Positions 13,687 through 28,295 are shown, numbered from the stretch's first letter. The stretch: DNA of 64,000 nt from Escherichia coli (GCF_044324785.1 NZ_CP172127.1); one strand, 5' to 3'. Notes: a model not told the origin generated them from the letters alone. Numbers and translations: made by a program.

Positions 13687-14613
13687 ATGACTGAACAACA
13701 AATTAGCCGAACTCAGGCGTGGCTGGAAAGTTTACGACCTAAAACCCTCCCCCTCGCCTTTGCTGCAATTATCGTCGGGACGGCGCTGGCATGGTGGCAA
13801 GGTCACTTCGATCCGCTGGTCGCCCTGCTGGCACTGATTACCGCCGGGCTATTACAGATCCTTTCTAACCTCGCCAATGATTACGGCGATGCGGTAAAAG
13901 GCAGCGATAAACCTGACCGTATCGGACCGCTACGCGGCATGCAAAAAGGGGTCATTACCCAGCAAGAGATGAAACGGGCGCTCATTATTACCGTCGTGCT
14001 CATCTGTCTCTCCGGGCTGGCACTGGTTGCAGTGGCGTGCCATACGCTGGCCGATTTTGTCGGTTTCCTGATTCTTGGCGGGTTGTCGATCATTGCCGCT
14101 ATCACCTACACCGTGGGCAATCGTCCTTATGGTTATATCGGTCTGGGTGATATTTCCGTACTGGTTTTCTTTGGCTGGTTAAGCGTCATGGGCAGCTGGT
14201 ATTTACAGGCTCATACATTGATTCCGGCGCTGATCCTTCCTGCGACCGCATGCGGCTTGCTGGCAACGGCAGTACTGAACATTAATAACCTGCGTGATAT
14301 CAATAGCGACCGCGAAAATGGCAAAAACACGCTGGTGGTGCGCTTAGGTGAAGTGAATGCGCGTCGTTATCATGCCTGCCTGCTGATGGGCTCTCTGGTG
14401 TGTCTGGCGCTGTTTAATCTCTTTTCACTGCATAGCCTGTGGGGCTGGCTGTTCCTGCTGGCGGCACCATTACTGGTGAAGCAAGCCCGTTATGTGATGC
14501 GGGAAATGGACCCGGTGGCGATGCGACCGATGCTGGAACGCACTGTCAAGGGAGCGTTACTGACTAACCTGCTGTTTGTTTTAGGGATATTCCTAAGCCA
14601 GTGGGCAGCATAA
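13687..14613 (+). CDS. menA: 1,4-dihydroxy-2-naphthoate octaprenyltransferase
   Basis: Polytopic UbiA-family membrane protein with the NDYGD motif. Start placed at MTEQQISRTQAW (308 aa); the track ORF starts 4 codons upstream. Confidence 0.9.
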   Translation: MTEQQISRTQAWLESLRPKTLPLAFAAIIVGTALAWWQGHFDPLVALLALITAGLLQILSNLANDYGDAVKGSDKPDRIGPLRGMQKGVITQQEMKRALIITVVLICLSGLALVAVACHTLADFVGFLILGGLSIIAAITYTVGNRPYGYIGLGDISVLVFFGWLSVMGSWYLQAHTLIPALILPATACGLLATAVLNINNLRDINSDRENGKNTLVVRLGEVNARRYHACLLMGSLVCLALFNLFSLHSLWGWLFLLAAPLLVKQARYVMREMDPVAMRPMLERTVKGALLTNLLFVLGIFLSQWAA

Positions 14614-14705
14614 CTGACAAATATCAATTAACAATTGATGATTTTGCCAACAGCCTACATAGCGCGATATACTGAAAATTCTCGCAGCAACTGAATGTTA
14701 AGCCT

Positions 14706-15191
14706 ATGAAATACGATACTTCCGAGCTTTGTGACATCTATCAAGAAGATGTTAACGTCGTGGAACCGCTGTTCTCCAACTTTGGCGGACGGGCGTCGTT
14801 TGGCGGACAAATAATCACGGTAAAATGTTTCGAGGACAACGGGTTGCTGTACGATCTGCTCGAACAGAATGGCCGTGGTCGTGTTCTTGTCGTCGATGGC
14901 GGTGGTTCTGTTCGTCGCGCACTGGTCGATGCTGAACTGGCGCGTCTGGCAGTACAAAATGAATGGGAAGGTCTGGTCATTTACGGCGCGGTGCGTCAGG
15001 TAGATGACCTGGAAGAGTTGGATATCGGCATCCAGGCGATGGCGGCAATTCCGGTTGGTGCCGCTGGCGAAGGCATTGGCGAAAGCGATGTCCGCGTCAA
15101 TTTTGGCGGTGTTACCTTCTTCTCCGGCGACCATCTTTATGCCGACAATACCGGGATTATTCTTTCAGAAGATCCGCTGGATATTGAATGA
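14706..15191 (+). CDS. rraA: RNase E inhibitor RraA
   Basis: 161 aa, [23 protein letters not shown]..., RraA/MenG-like fold; synteny. Confidence 0.9.
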
Positions 15192-15194
15192 TAG

Positions 15195-15221
15195 AAAAGG
15201 CACCGCAAGGTGCCTTTTTTC
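15195..15221. terminator. Bidirectional terminator between rraA and zapB
   Basis: Hairpin ggcaccgcaaggtgcc with an A-run 5' and a T-run 3'. Confidence 0.65.
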
Positions 15222-15275
15222 TGCGTTACCTGTTGGCCTACACAGTAAAGAAATTACGCGGAAGATGAAGCGTAA

Positions 15276-15569
<294 letters not shown>

Positions 15570-15699
15570 TTACCGGTGACGCCTTAATAAATACGAGCGC
15601 ACTTTAGTTAGCTCCGATTGTATGAAGCCGCGCCATCGCTGTCCAGCGGCACGCCTTGCAGATTACGGTTTGCCACACTTTTCATCCTTCTCCTGGTGA

Positions 15700-15945
15700 C
15701 ATAATCCACATCAATCGAAAATGTTAATAAATTTGTTGCGCGAATGATCTAACAAACATGCATCATGTACAATCAGATGGAATAAATGGCGCGATAACGC
15801 TCATTTTATGACGAAGCACACACATTTTAAGTTCGATATTTCTCGTTTTTGCTCGTTAACGATAAGTTTACAGCATGCCTACAAGCATCGTGGAGGTCCG
15901 TGACTTTCACGCATACAACAAACATTAACTCTTCAGGATCCGATT
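15700..15945 (+). promoter_or_regulatory. glpFKX promoter/operator region (GlpR and CRP control expected)
   Basis: AT-rich leader upstream of glpF containing tandem tgctcgttaacga-like elements; assignment rests on the known regulation of the glpFKX operon. Confidence 0.45.
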
Positions 15946-18322
<2,377 letters not shown>

Positions 18323-18328
18323 TGTAAA

Positions 18329-18390
18329 TGCCGGATGAAGCGTTTATGCCGCATCCGGTAGTCCTGAATCGTGCGGGGGCAACCCCGCAC
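18329..18390. repeat. REP-like palindromes in the glpK-glpX intergenic region
   Basis: gccggatgaagcgtttatgccgcatccggta followed by the perfect hairpin gtgcgggggcaaccccgcac. Confidence 0.55.
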
Positions 18391-18456
18391 ACATCAATAA
18401 TCCCGCCCTTCCCCTGTGCTACACTTCGCGCCATCCCTTACTGCTTAGAGTTTGCT

Positions 18457-19467
18457 ATGAGACGAGAACTTGCCATCGAATTTTCCCGCGTCACCGAATC
18501 TGCGGCGCTGGCTGGCTACAAATGGTTAGGACGCGGCGATAAAAACACCGCGGACGGCGCAGCGGTAAACGCCATGCGTATTATGCTCAACCAGGTCAAC
18601 ATTGACGGCACCATCGTTATTGGTGAAGGTGAAATCGACGAAGCACCGATGCTCTACATTGGTGAAAAAGTCGGTACTGGTCGCGGCGACGCGGTAGATA
18701 TTGCTGTTGATCCGATTGAAGGCACGCGCATGACGGCGATGGGCCAGGCTAACGCGCTGGCGGTGCTGGCAGTAGGCGATAAAGGCTGCTTCCTCAACGC
18801 ACCAGATATGTATATGGAGAAGCTGATCGTCGGACCGGGAGCCAAAGGCACCATTGATCTGAACCTGCCGCTGGCGGATAACCTGCGCAATGTTGCGGCG
18901 GCGCTCGGCAAACCGTTGAGCGAACTGACAGTAACGATTCTGGCGAAACCACGCCACGATGCCGTTATCGCTGAAATGCAACAACTCGGCGTACGCGTAT
19001 TTGCTATTCCGGACGGCGACGTTGCGGCCTCAATTCTCACCTGTATGCCAGACAGCGAAGTTGACGTGCTGTATGGTATTGGTGGCGCGCCGGAAGGCGT
19101 GGTTTCTGCAGCGGTGATCCGCGCATTAGATGGTGACATGAACGGTCGTCTGCTGGCGCGTCATGACGTCAAAGGCGACAACGAAGAGAATCGTCGCATT
19201 GGCGAGCAGGAGCTGGCACGCTGCAAAGCAATGGGCATCGAAGCCGGTAAAGTATTGCGTCTGGGCGATATGGCACGCAGCGATAACATCATCTTTTCTG
19301 CCACCGGTATTACCAAAGGCGATCTGCTGGAAGGCATTAGCCGCAAAGGCAATATCGCGACTACCGAAACGCTGCTGATCCGCGGCAAGTCACGCACTAT
19401 TCGCCGCATTCAGTCCATCCACTATCTGGATCGCAAAGACCCGGAAATGCAGGTGCACATTCTCTGA
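18457..19467 (+). CDS. glpX: Fructose-1,6-bisphosphatase class II
   Basis: Starts MRRELAIEFSRVTESAALAGYKWLGRGDKN (336 aa); the track ORF extends 43 codons upstream. Confidence 0.93.
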   Translation: MRRELAIEFSRVTESAALAGYKWLGRGDKNTADGAAVNAMRIMLNQVNIDGTIVIGEGEIDEAPMLYIGEKVGTGRGDAVDIAVDPIEGTRMTAMGQANALAVLAVGDKGCFLNAPDMYMEKLIVGPGAKGTIDLNLPLADNLRNVAAALGKPLSELTVTILAKPRHDAVIAEMQQLGVRVFAIPDGDVAASILTCMPDSEVDVLYGIGGAPEGVVSAAVIRALDGDMNGRLLARHDVKGDNEENRRIGEQELARCKAMGIEAGKVLRLGDMARSDNIIFSATGITKGDLLEGISRKGNIATTETLLIRGKSRTIRRIQSIHYLDRKDPEMQVHIL

Positions 19468-19487
19468 GTGATTTGATCGATTGAGCC

Positions 19488-19517
19488 TTCCAGTCCTTCG
19501 GGACTGGAATTTTTTTG
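19488..19517 (+). terminator. Rho-independent terminator after glpX
   Basis: Hairpin ccagtccttcgggactgg followed by a T7 run. Confidence 0.7.
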
Positions 19518-19563
19518 TTCGGAGAACGAAGATAAGGCAAGTCAATCAAAACAGGAGAAAAAC

Positions 19564-20310
19564 ATGGCTGATTGGGTAACAGGCAAAGTCACTAAAGTGC
19601 AGAACTGGACCGACGCCCTGTTTAGTCTCACCGTTCACGCCCCCGTGCTTCCGTTTACCGCCGGGCAATTTACCAAGCTTGGGCTTGAAATCGACGGCGA
19701 ACGCGTCCAGCGCGCTTACTCCTATGTTAACTCGCCCGATAATCCCGATCTGGAGTTTTACCTGGTCACCGTCCCCGATGGCAAATTAAGCCCACAATTG
19801 GCGGCACTAAAACCGGGCGATGAAGTGCAGGTGGTTAGCGAAGCAGCTGGCTTCTTTGTTCTGGATGAAGTACCAGATTGCGAAACGCTATGGATGCTGG
19901 CAACCGGTACAGCGATTGGCCCTTATTTATCGATTCTGCAACTGGGCAAAGATTTAGAGCGCTTCAAAAATCTGGTCCTGGTTCACGCCGCACGTTATGC
20001 CGCCGACTTAAGCTATTTGCCACTGATGCAAGAACTTGAAAAACGCTACGAAGGCAAACTGCGCATTCAGACGGTGGTCAGTCGGGAAACGGCTGCAGGC
20101 TCACTCACCGGGAGAATACCGGCGTTAATTGAAAGTGGTGAACTGGAAAGCGCGGTTGGCCTGCCGATGAATAAAGAAACCAGCCATGTGATGCTGTGCG
20201 GCAATCCACAGATGGTGCGCGATACGCAACAGTTACTGAAAGAGACCCGGCAGATGACGAAACATTTACGTCGCCGACCGGGCCATATGACAGCGGAGCA
20301 TTACTGGTAA
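19564..20310 (+). CDS. fpr: Ferredoxin/flavodoxin-NADP+ reductase
   Basis: 248 aa, FAD-binding RAYSYVN motif and NAD(P)-binding fold. Confidence 0.92.
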   Translation: MADWVTGKVTKVQNWTDALFSLTVHAPVLPFTAGQFTKLGLEIDGERVQRAYSYVNSPDNPDLEFYLVTVPDGKLSPQLAALKPGDEVQVVSEAAGFFVLDEVPDCETLWMLATGTAIGPYLSILQLGKDLERFKNLVLVHAARYAADLSYLPLMQELEKRYEGKLRIQTVVSRETAAGSLTGRIPALIESGELESAVGLPMNKETSHVMLCGNPQMVRDTQQLLKETRQMTKHLRRRPGHMTAEHYW

Positions 20311-20314
20311 GCGG

Positions 20315-20743
20315 TTACTTATCGATAAACGGCACGATGAGCAAATCCGCACTCAACTTATTGATCATCCCGCGATATGCCGGCATCAAACGGTTGATAA
20401 ATGAGTGGTGATGACCACAGACAAGGAGGTCGCACTGCTCTTTTTGCATAATTTCCAGCAGTGTTTCCGGCATTTCTCCGCGTTCAATACGCAGTTTTGT
20501 CTTCGGCCATTGAATATTTTTCGTCAGTTTATACAGCTTGTTATCCGACTTATTCTTCAACAATTGAAGAATATCTTCTGTTGCAGGGAAGTAGATACCC
20601 GGATACAACTCGCTTAAGCCATCATCAATATGAATTAACGTCAGGTGAGCGTCATTATGTCTGGCAAGCTCCAGGGCTTTATTCACCAGTAAGGCATCTT
20701 CTTCATTCCCGGAAATTGCCACGCCAATGTGTTTATAAGCCAT
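20315..20743 (-). CDS. uspD: Universal stress protein D
   Basis: 142 aa, UspA fold ([27 protein letters not shown]...). Confidence 0.9.
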   Translation of the reverse strand: MAYKHIGVAISGNEEDALLVNKALELARHNDAHLTLIHIDDGLSELYPGIYFPATEDILQLLKNKSDNKLYKLTKNIQWPKTKLRIERGEMPETLLEIMQKEQCDLLVCGHHHSFINRLMPAYRGMINKLSADLLIVPFIDK

Positions 20744-20769
20744 GTTTAACTCCTTCTAAAGCAACTCCA

Positions 20770-21069
20770 TCAAGCTAACGAACGCAGTGATAACTCAAAA
20801 ATAATCATCTCGGCCTGGCATGAGAAGGTGAAGGCCGCATCAAGCTCAACTTGCCCCTCCAGATCCTTAATCTTATAGGCCACGCTGGCCCCTTCATCTG
20901 CAGAGGATGCAGCGGCGGCAAGCTCTTTCAGTTTGGTCATAAAGGACTCTGCTTCTTCGCGGGTGGCAAAAAAGCGCGAAAACTTACTGGTACAGTTGTC
21001 GTTATCAATCACCGTACCGATATCAATCGCACATCCTTTAGTACTGCATTTATCTACGACATCTTTCAT
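20770..21069 (-). CDS. yiiS: Conserved small protein YiiS (DUF406-like)
   Basis: 99-aa ORF in the expected syntenic position; family assignment is from memory. Confidence 0.8.
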   Translation of the reverse strand: MKDVVDKCSTKGCAIDIGTVIDNDNCTSKFSRFFATREEAESFMTKLKELAAAASSADEGASVAYKIKDLEGQVELDAAFTFSCQAEMIIFELSLRSLA

Positions 21070-21280
21070 AGGGCACCTCTGTATATTCGCCTCTCTGTCG
21101 ATTACGACTTAAGAATAATGCGCCGTTAAGGGAAGAACAAACAAGTAATGATCTTATGGATTACCATTTTTTTTGATATTGCTTAAGGTGAAGAGTTCAG
21201 AAGGATTTTCCGGGCATTGTCATTTGCATCGAGGAAATAACAATCCCGGAAAAAAATAGCAGTAAGAGATATATTAAAGG

Positions 21281-21721
21281 TTAATTACTTGATTTATTGT
21301 CGGCTTTATACTTCACATCCTGAGTATCTTTACCATATTTATTTTCGCCTTGTGTGCCAACAAACGCACCAAGATCGATAAGCATCATCACCAGAATCAA
21401 CGTCGGGACAAAACGCCCCACCGCCCATTGCCAGACACCCGGTAAAATCGCCCAGTTACCCGCCAGCAGCATCCACGCCACAATCATCAGAAATGCCCAT
21501 GCGCCGGAACGCCCGCGATCATGCAAGCGCTTAACGGTTACTGCCGCTGTTGGCCAGAGCAAGCACACAAGGCAAAACGCCGCGGTCTGAATATCGAGTA
21601 AATTTTTACCCGCCAGTGAGAAAAGCACCAGCATGCCTGCGAACCACAGGCCTATCCAAATCCAGAAATCACGGCGTCCAATACGCCCTTTAAATGAGAA
21701 TAACCATTGCTGTATGGTCAT
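21281..21721 (-). CDS. yiiR: Inner membrane protein YiiR (DUF805-like)
   Basis: 146 aa, hydrophobic; synteny. Confidence 0.8.
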   Translation of the reverse strand: MTIQQWLFSFKGRIGRRDFWIWIGLWFAGMLVLFSLAGKNLLDIQTAAFCLVCLLWPTAAVTVKRLHDRGRSGAWAFLMIVAWMLLAGNWAILPGVWQWAVGRFVPTLILVMMLIDLGAFVGTQGENKYGKDTQDVKYKADNKSSN

Positions 21722-21821
21722 GTAAGTTCCTTGATGGTTGTCTTTTCCAGGATTCTACCCTTTTGACAAGGGCGACAGATATCGTTTTAATCGGAGCCAG
21801 TCATAACAAAAGGTACTGTCA

Positions 21822-22421
21822 ATGAAGCCAGGGTGTACGCTGTTTTTTCTCTTATGTTCTGCATTAACCGTTACAACAACGGCGCATGCACAAACACCAG
21901 ATACGGCAACGACCGCGCCTTATCTGCTGGCTGGAGCCCCTACTTTCGATCTCTCCATCAGCCAGTTTCGAGAAGACTTTAACAGCCAGAATCCCAGCCT
22001 GCCACTGAACGAATTTCGTGCCATCGACAGCAGTCCCGACAAAGCCAATCTCACTCGTGCTGCCAGTAAAATTAATGAGAACTTGTATGCTTCTACAGCG
22101 CTGGAGCGCGGTACCTTAAAAATCAAAAGCATTCAAATGACCTGGCTACCCATCCAGGGGCCAGAGCAAAAAGCCGCGAAAGCGAAAGCTCAGGAATACA
22201 TGGCAGCGGTGATCCGCACACTCACCCCATTAATGACCAAAACACAAAGCCAGAAAAAACTGCAGTCGCTACTAACGGCGGGGAAAAACAAACGTTATTA
22301 CACCGAGACCGAAGGTGCACTGCGTTATGTTGTCGCGGACAACGGCGAAAAGGGGCTGACCTTCGCTGTTGAACCGATTAAGCTGGCGCTATCTGAATCG
22401 CTTGAAGGTTTGAATAAATGA
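21822..22421 (+). CDS. yiiQ: Secreted protein YiiQ (DUF1454-like)
   Basis: 199 aa with an N-terminal signal peptide (MKPGCTLFFLLCSALTVTTTAHA); synteny. Confidence 0.8.
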   Translation: MKPGCTLFFLLCSALTVTTTAHAQTPDTATTAPYLLAGAPTFDLSISQFREDFNSQNPSLPLNEFRAIDSSPDKANLTRAASKINENLYASTALERGTLKIKSIQMTWLPIQGPEQKAAKAKAQEYMAAVIRTLTPLMTKTQSQKKLQSLLTAGKNKRYYTETEGALRYVVADNGEKGLTFAVEPIKLALSESLEGLNK

Positions 22422-22528
22422 CAAAAAGCAAAGCCTTTGTGCCGATGAATCTCTATACTGTTTCACAGACCTGCTGCCCTGCGGGGCGGCCATCTTCCTT
22501 TATTCGCTTATAAGCGTGGAGAATTAAA

Positions 22529-23296
22529 ATGCGACATCCTTTAGTGATGGGTAACTGGAAACTGAACGGCAGCCGCCACATGGTTCACGAGCTGGTTTCT
22601 AACCTGCGTAAAGAGCTGGCAGGTGTTGCTGGCTGTGCGGTTGCAATCGCACCACCGGAAATGTACATCGATATGGCGAAGCGTGAAGCTGAAGGCAGCC
22701 ACATCATGCTGGGTGCGCAAAACGTGGACCTGAACCTGTCCGGCGCATTCACCGGTGAAACCTCTGCTGCTATGCTGAAAGACATCGGCGCACAGTACAT
22801 CATCATCGGCCACTCTGAACGTCGTACTTACCACAAAGAGTCTGACGAACTGATCGCGAAAAAATTCGCGGTGCTGAAAGAGCAGGGTCTGACTCCGGTT
22901 CTGTGCATCGGTGAAACCGAAGCTGAAAACGAAGCGGGCAAAACTGAAGAAGTTTGCGCACGTCAGATCGACGCGGTACTGAAAACTCAGGGTGCTGCAG
23001 CATTCGAAGGTGCGGTAATCGCTTACGAACCAGTATGGGCAATCGGTACTGGCAAATCTGCAACTCCGGCGCAGGCACAGGCTGTTCACAAATTCATCCG
23101 TGACCACATCGCTAAAGTTGACGCTAACATCGCTGAACAAGTGATCATCCAGTACGGCGGCTCTGTAAACGCGTCTAACGCTGCAGAACTGTTTGCTCAG
23201 CCAGACATCGACGGCGCGCTGGTTGGCGGTGCTTCTCTGAAAGCTGACGCTTTCGCAGTGATCGTTAAAGCTGCAGAAGCGGCTAAACAGGCTTAA
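22529..23296 (+). CDS. tpiA: Triosephosphate isomerase
   Basis: 255 aa, [15 protein letters not shown]..., active-site region [11 protein letters not shown]. Confidence 0.97.
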
Positions 23297-23350
23297 GTCT
23301 GACAGGTGCCGGATTTCATATCCGGCACTTACTTTCCTTAACTCCTCGCC

Positions 23351-24106
23351 TTAACGCAAAATCTCACACTCATGATCCTGGATTTCCTCGGCTGAAGCAC
23401 GGTTCAGCGTCAGTAGATTTCGTTGTGTCGCCAGCAACACAAACGAATTATCACTCTGCCGCACCATCGCCAGCCCGTAGCTTCCCATATGTTCCCGCGC
23501 CTCAGGCACTTCCTCTGCAAGCATCATAAATGGGCTGCGTTGTACCAGTTCGCTTTCCGTTACCCGACGCGCCAGGTATTCATGCCCGCGCAAACCACCT
23601 GGCAGTGGCAACCAGCGGCTGCTGATGTTCGCCAGATTGTTATCCAGCTGTTCGCGCACATCAGGACGAATACAAGAGATATGAATATGAAAATGGTTTT
23701 GCGTACGCCCGGTGCGGGAGTTGATCGCCAAAGAAACCGCGCGATCGGGAACCGACTGACCGTATTTTTTGCTCATAAAATCACGCGCCTGCCAGGCCAA
23801 CCAAAAGAAGTTCGGCGTTGAAGGATCGGTCAACAAAGGACTTTCAGTTCCGTTAATACGATACGTTGGCATCAACAGATATTGCAGTGGGCCATTAAGA
23901 TCTTTTAAAACCACGTATCCGGCATTGGGTTTGACTTCCGCACATGGCGAAGGATTTTGATTTTGCTGCTGATTGGGCAAACATTCCTCAAGGACAATCT
24001 TACGTAATGTATCCGACTCTTCACCGGTTAATTTCCAGTAACCAATACCGGCAGCCACAACGGCGATAACTATCATCACCAAAAAAAGAAGACCCGCTTT
24101 TTTCAT
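23351..24106 (-). CDS. cdh: CDP-diacylglycerol pyrophosphatase
   Basis: 251 aa from [20 protein letters not shown]...; the track ORF is extended 64 codons upstream into the sbp 3' end. Confidence 0.9.
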   Translation of the reverse strand: MKKAGLLFLVMIVIAVVAAGIGYWKLTGEESDTLRKIVLEECLPNQQQNQNPSPCAEVKPNAGYVVLKDLNGPLQYLLMPTYRINGTESPLLTDPSTPNFFWLAWQARDFMSKKYGQSVPDRAVSLAINSRTGRTQNHFHIHISCIRPDVREQLDNNLANISSRWLPLPGGLRGHEYLARRVTESELVQRSPFMMLAEEVPEAREHMGSYGLAMVRQSDNSFVLLATQRNLLTLNRASAEEIQDHECEILR

Positions 24107-24159
24107 CTTTTTTTCCCTGTACCTCAAAGAGATGCAAGGGTAACGCAAAATCGTGACAA

Positions 24160-24193
24160 ATAAAAAACCCGGTCGCGAGAAACCACCGGGTTT
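24160..24193 (-). terminator. sbp terminator
   Basis: Hairpin aacccggt...accgggtt flanked by an A-run and T-run between the sbp stop and the cdh start. Confidence 0.6.
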
Positions 24194-24212
24194 GATAATT
24201 ATCCTGGAGAAA

Positions 24213-25202
24213 TCAGCGTTTGCTGATCTGATCGAACGTACCGCCGTTAGCAAAATGCTCTTTTTGCGCTTTCGTCCAGCCGCCGAACTCTTCATCAATG
24301 GTGAATAACTTCAATTTTGGAAACGCATTTTCGTACTTTTTCGCTACCTCAGCGTCGCGCGGACGATAGTAGTTTTTCGCGGCAATTTCCTGACCTTCTG
24401 GCGAGTAGAGATATTTCAGGTAGGCTTCCGCCACCTCTTTAGTACCTTTTTTCTCAACCACTTTATCGACCACCGACACGGTTGGCTCTGCGAGGATAGA
24501 CTCACTCGGCGTGACGATTTCGAATTTATCTTTCCCCAGTTCATTCGCTGCCAGCAGAGCTTCGTTTTCCCAGGCAATCAGTACATCGCCAATTCCGCGC
24601 TCGACAAAAGTGTTAGTGGAGCCGCGCGCGCCAGAATCCAGAACTTCGACGTTTTTATACAGTGCCCGAACAAAATCCTGCGCTTTTGCCTGATCGTTGT
24701 TGTTGTGGTGCAGCGCGTAGCCCCAGGCAGCCAGGTAGTTCCAGCGCGCGCCACCAGAGCTTTTCGGATTAGGCGTGATCACCGAAACACCCGGTTTAAT
24801 CAGATCGTTCCAGTCATGGATCTGCTTCGGATTGCCCTTACGCACCAGGAAAACAATGGTGGAAGTGTACGGTGCGGAGTTATCCGGCAGACGTTTGATC
24901 CACTCTTTATCAATCCGCCCGCGTTCCGCAATCGCGTCCACGTCATAGGCCAGAGCCAGCGTGACAACATCAGCTTCAATACCGTTGATTACCGACGTCG
25001 CTTGTTTGCCTGAACCACCGTGGGACTGACGGATCACCACGTTATCGCCAGTTTGCTGTTTCCAGTGGGCGCTGAATGCCTTGTTGTACTGTTCGTACAA
25101 TTCGCGCGTTGGATCATATGAAACGTTAAGAAGCTGAATATCCTTTGCCATAACGCTGGTTGCCGCCAGCAAAAATGTTAACCCTACGCCCCACTTGTTC
25201 AT
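24213..25202 (-). CDS. sbp: Periplasmic sulfate-binding protein
   Basis: 329 aa with signal peptide ([19 protein letters not shown]); sulfate/thiosulfate-binding family. Confidence 0.93.
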
Positions 25203-25367
25203 CGCCCGACTCTCTTATGTTGTGTTGTGATGAGCAAAGCGTGCCAGAAGGTTAACCAAACATTAAAGAATAAAAAAAGATTGGCTATAACTTGCGGGTA
25301 TATGTTGGGGGATTAAAAAGGCGGAAGAAATCCGCCTCATATTGCTGACAAAGTGCGCTTTGTCCAT

Positions 25368-25466
25368 GCCGGATGCGGCGCGAACGCCTTATCCGGCCTA
25401 CAAAAGTTTGCAAATTCAATAAATTGCAGAATTCATGTAGGCCTGATAAGCGAAGCGCATCAGGCA
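25368..25466. repeat. BIME: two inverted REP sequences in the sbp-pfkA intergenic region
   Basis: gccggatgcggcgcgaacgccttatccggcctaca and the inverted tgtaggcctgataagcgaagcgcatcaggca match the REP consensus. Confidence 0.85.
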
Positions 25467-25521
25467 TTTCTGCTTCTGTCATCGGTTTCAGGCTAAAGGA
25501 ATCTGCCTTTTTCCGAAATCA

Positions 25522-26484
25522 TTAATACAGTTTTTTCGCGCAGTCCAGCCAGTCGCCTTTGAACGGACGCTTCATGTTTTCGATAGCGTCGATGATGTCG
25601 TGGTGAACCAGCTGTTCGTTCTGGATACCTACGCAACGACCGCCGTAACCTGCCAGCAGCAGATCGATAGCGTAAGCGCCCATACGGGAAGCCAGAATAC
25701 GGTCGTAAGGCACCGGAGAACCACCGCGCTGGATGTGGCCCAGCACAGTTGCGCGGGTTTCACGACCGGTTTCTTTCTCGATGAAATGCGCCAGTTCGTC
25801 AACATCACACATATGTTCGGTAATCGCCACGATCGCGTGTTTTTTACCTTTCGCGATACCCGCTTTGATTTCGTTTACCAGGTCTTCACGGCTGAATTCA
25901 ACTTCCGGAACTACAACGAATTCACAGCCACCGGCAATGGCCGCAGCCAGGGTCAGATCGCCACAATAACGACCCATCACTTCCACCACGGAAATACGCT
26001 GGTGAGAAGAAGAGGTGTCACGCAGACGGTCGATCGCTTCTACAACGGTGCTCAGCGCAGTGAAGAAACCGATAGTGTAGTCAGTGCCTTTGATGTCGTT
26101 GTCGATAGTGCCAGGCAGACCGATGCACGGGAAGCCCATTTCGGTCAGACGCATTGCACCCATGTAGGAACCGTCACCGCCGATAACCACCAGCGCGTCG
26201 ATACCACGTTTTTTCAGGTTTTCGATAGCCACGGCGCGGATGTTCTCGTCGCGGAATTCCGGGAAACGCGCAGAACCGAGGAACGTACCGCCACGGTTGA
26301 TCATGTCAGAAACGCTGTAACGGTCTAGCTGTACCATACGGTCTTCATACAGACCCAGATAGCCGTCATAAATGCCCATTACTTCCAGACCTTCTGTCAG
26401 CGCAGAACGAACAACCCCGCGAATTGCGGCGTTCATGCCTGGCGCATCACCGCCGCTTGTCAACACACCGATTTTCTTAATCAT
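25522..26484 (-). CDS. pfkA: ATP-dependent 6-phosphofructokinase I
   Basis: 320 aa from [26 protein letters not shown]; the track ORF is extended 32 codons upstream. Confidence 0.97.
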
Positions 26485-26664
26485 GACTACCTCTGAACTT
26501 TGGAATGCAAAATGAAATCTGTTGCCGGAAGTCTTCTTGCACATCGAAGTGATCCAACGAATGTGCAAATAGTATAACAATCACTTCCTGCTGAATTGAT
26601 TCAGGTCAGGCCAAATGGCGGTATTTTATACACAAAATGCGGGTCTGGCTCTCTTTTATACTGA

Positions 26665-27567
26665 TTATGAAAGCATAGACCGTTTACCCTCTCTGGGTAC
26701 GACGGAACAGGGGTCCTGATGGATAATCACATCCGATCCCGGAAAACGCCGTAAAATAGCCTGCTCTACCTGATCCGCCACCATATGTGCCTGAACCAAA
26801 GGCAGAGAGTCTTCCATTTCCAAATGAATCTGAATAAAGCGGGTCGGCCCTGACTGCCGCGTGCGAAGATCGTGAGCGCCGCTAACACCCGGCCAGGAAG
26901 TCACGATATCAATAATTTCTTGCCGTTCTTCATCAGGCAATGCGCGATCCAGTAATGACTGTACCGCCTCATATCCCATGCGTAACGCGCTATATAAAAT
27001 ATAGATGCCGATTCCCAATGCAAACAGAGCATCGGCGCGATGCCAGCCGTACCAGGACAACCCCAGCGCCAGCAGAATTGCGCCGTTCATCATAACATCA
27101 GACTGGTAATGTAGCATATCAGCCCGCACCGCCTGGCTTTGCGTCCGGCGCACCACCCACCGCTGAAACGAGACAAGGATAATCGTACAAATTAGCGCCA
27201 CAATTGTCACGATTACCCCGACGCCTGGATCTGTCATCGGTGTTGGAGATATCAAATGTTGAATACCCGTCAAAAAGAGGAATAGTGCCGAACCGGAGAT
27301 AAACATACTTTGCGCCAGCGCCGCGAGGGACTCAGCTTTACCGTGACCAAACGAGTGATTATCGTCGGCAGGTTGCAGGGAATATCGCACCACCAGTAAA
27401 TTCGTCAACGACGCGCCGATATCCACCAGCGAATCCACCAGCGCGGCGAGAATACTCACCGACCCGGTATACCACCATGCAAAAATTTTAATCAGCAATA
27501 GCAGTGAAGCCATCGCCGTTGCAGCAATCGCCGCCCGACTGACCAGCCGTCCATAAGATTGATTCAT
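26665..27567 (-). CDS. fieF: Cation diffusion facilitator (Fe/Zn efflux) FieF/YiiP
   Basis: 300 aa from [36 protein letters not shown]. Confidence 0.93.
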
Positions 27568-27647
27568 AAATACTCCCGCTATCAACTGACGCTAGTATAA
27601 CGGAAGCAAATCATCTGCAATGCATTAAGCAGCAGGCAAATTGAGGA

Positions 27648-27676
27648 TAAAAAAAACCCCCACATCATGTGGGGGA
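27648..27676 (-). terminator. cpxP terminator
   Basis: Hairpin cccccacatcatgtggggg preceded on the plus strand by an A8 run (a T-run on the minus strand). Confidence 0.75.
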
Positions 27677-27710
27677 AGACAGGGATGGTGTCTATGGCAA
27701 GGAAAACAGG
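27650..27710 (-). ncRNA. cpxQ: CpxQ sRNA (processed from the cpxP 3' UTR)
   Basis: Established knowledge that CpxQ is cut from the cpxP mRNA 3' end and finishes at the cpxP terminator. Boundaries are approximate and not derivable from sequence alone. Confidence 0.4.
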
Positions 27711-27715
27711 GTTTA

Positions 27716-28216
27716 CTACTGGGAACGTGAGTTGCTACTACTCAATAGCTTCAACGATGAACTTTTTTGCCATTGCGTCACGTCACGCAACTGCTCCATT
27801 CGTTGTTGATGTTTCTCATTTAAAACCGCTTGCTGCTCCGGCGTTAACAGGCGATACATTTGGTTGCGGACTTTTGCCATCTCAACCTGACGAGCAATTT
27901 GCTCATTCGCCATTTTTTCTGCCTGTGCGCGCACAGCGTTTTCATCAAAATTTTCTGCGGTGACAAGGCGATGCATTGTCTCCAGTTCGCTAACATTAAC
28001 AGGAGGCTGTTCGTGCCGGGCCTGTTGCATAAGATCTCGCATCTGCTGACGCTGATGTTCGGTTAAACTTATGCCGTCGAACATATGGCTCTGCGTACTG
28101 CGCTGCGTAAGTTCTTCACCCGGATGCCAGTTATCGCCTGAACCGACTTCAGCAGCGTGGCTTAATGAACTGACTGCCAGCGTTGAGGCCATGACGGCAG
28201 CGGTAACTATGCGCAT
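27716..28216 (-). CDS. cpxP: Periplasmic stress adaptor CpxP
   Basis: 166 aa with signal peptide and LTxxQ motifs ([32 protein letters not shown]). Confidence 0.95.
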
Positions 28217-28295
28217 CATTTGCTCCCAAAATCTTTCTGTCGCGATTCAACGATAGAGAGTTTACGATTCAGGCTGCAAACATGCGTCAGGGGGT

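Noticed and set aside
22541-23140. 199-aa minus-strand ORF
   Set aside because: Antisense to tpiA.
25285-25482. 65-aa ORF in the sbp-pfkA intergenic region
   Set aside because: Composed of REP/BIME sequence.
25600-26328. 242-aa plus-strand ORF
   Set aside because: Antisense to pfkA.
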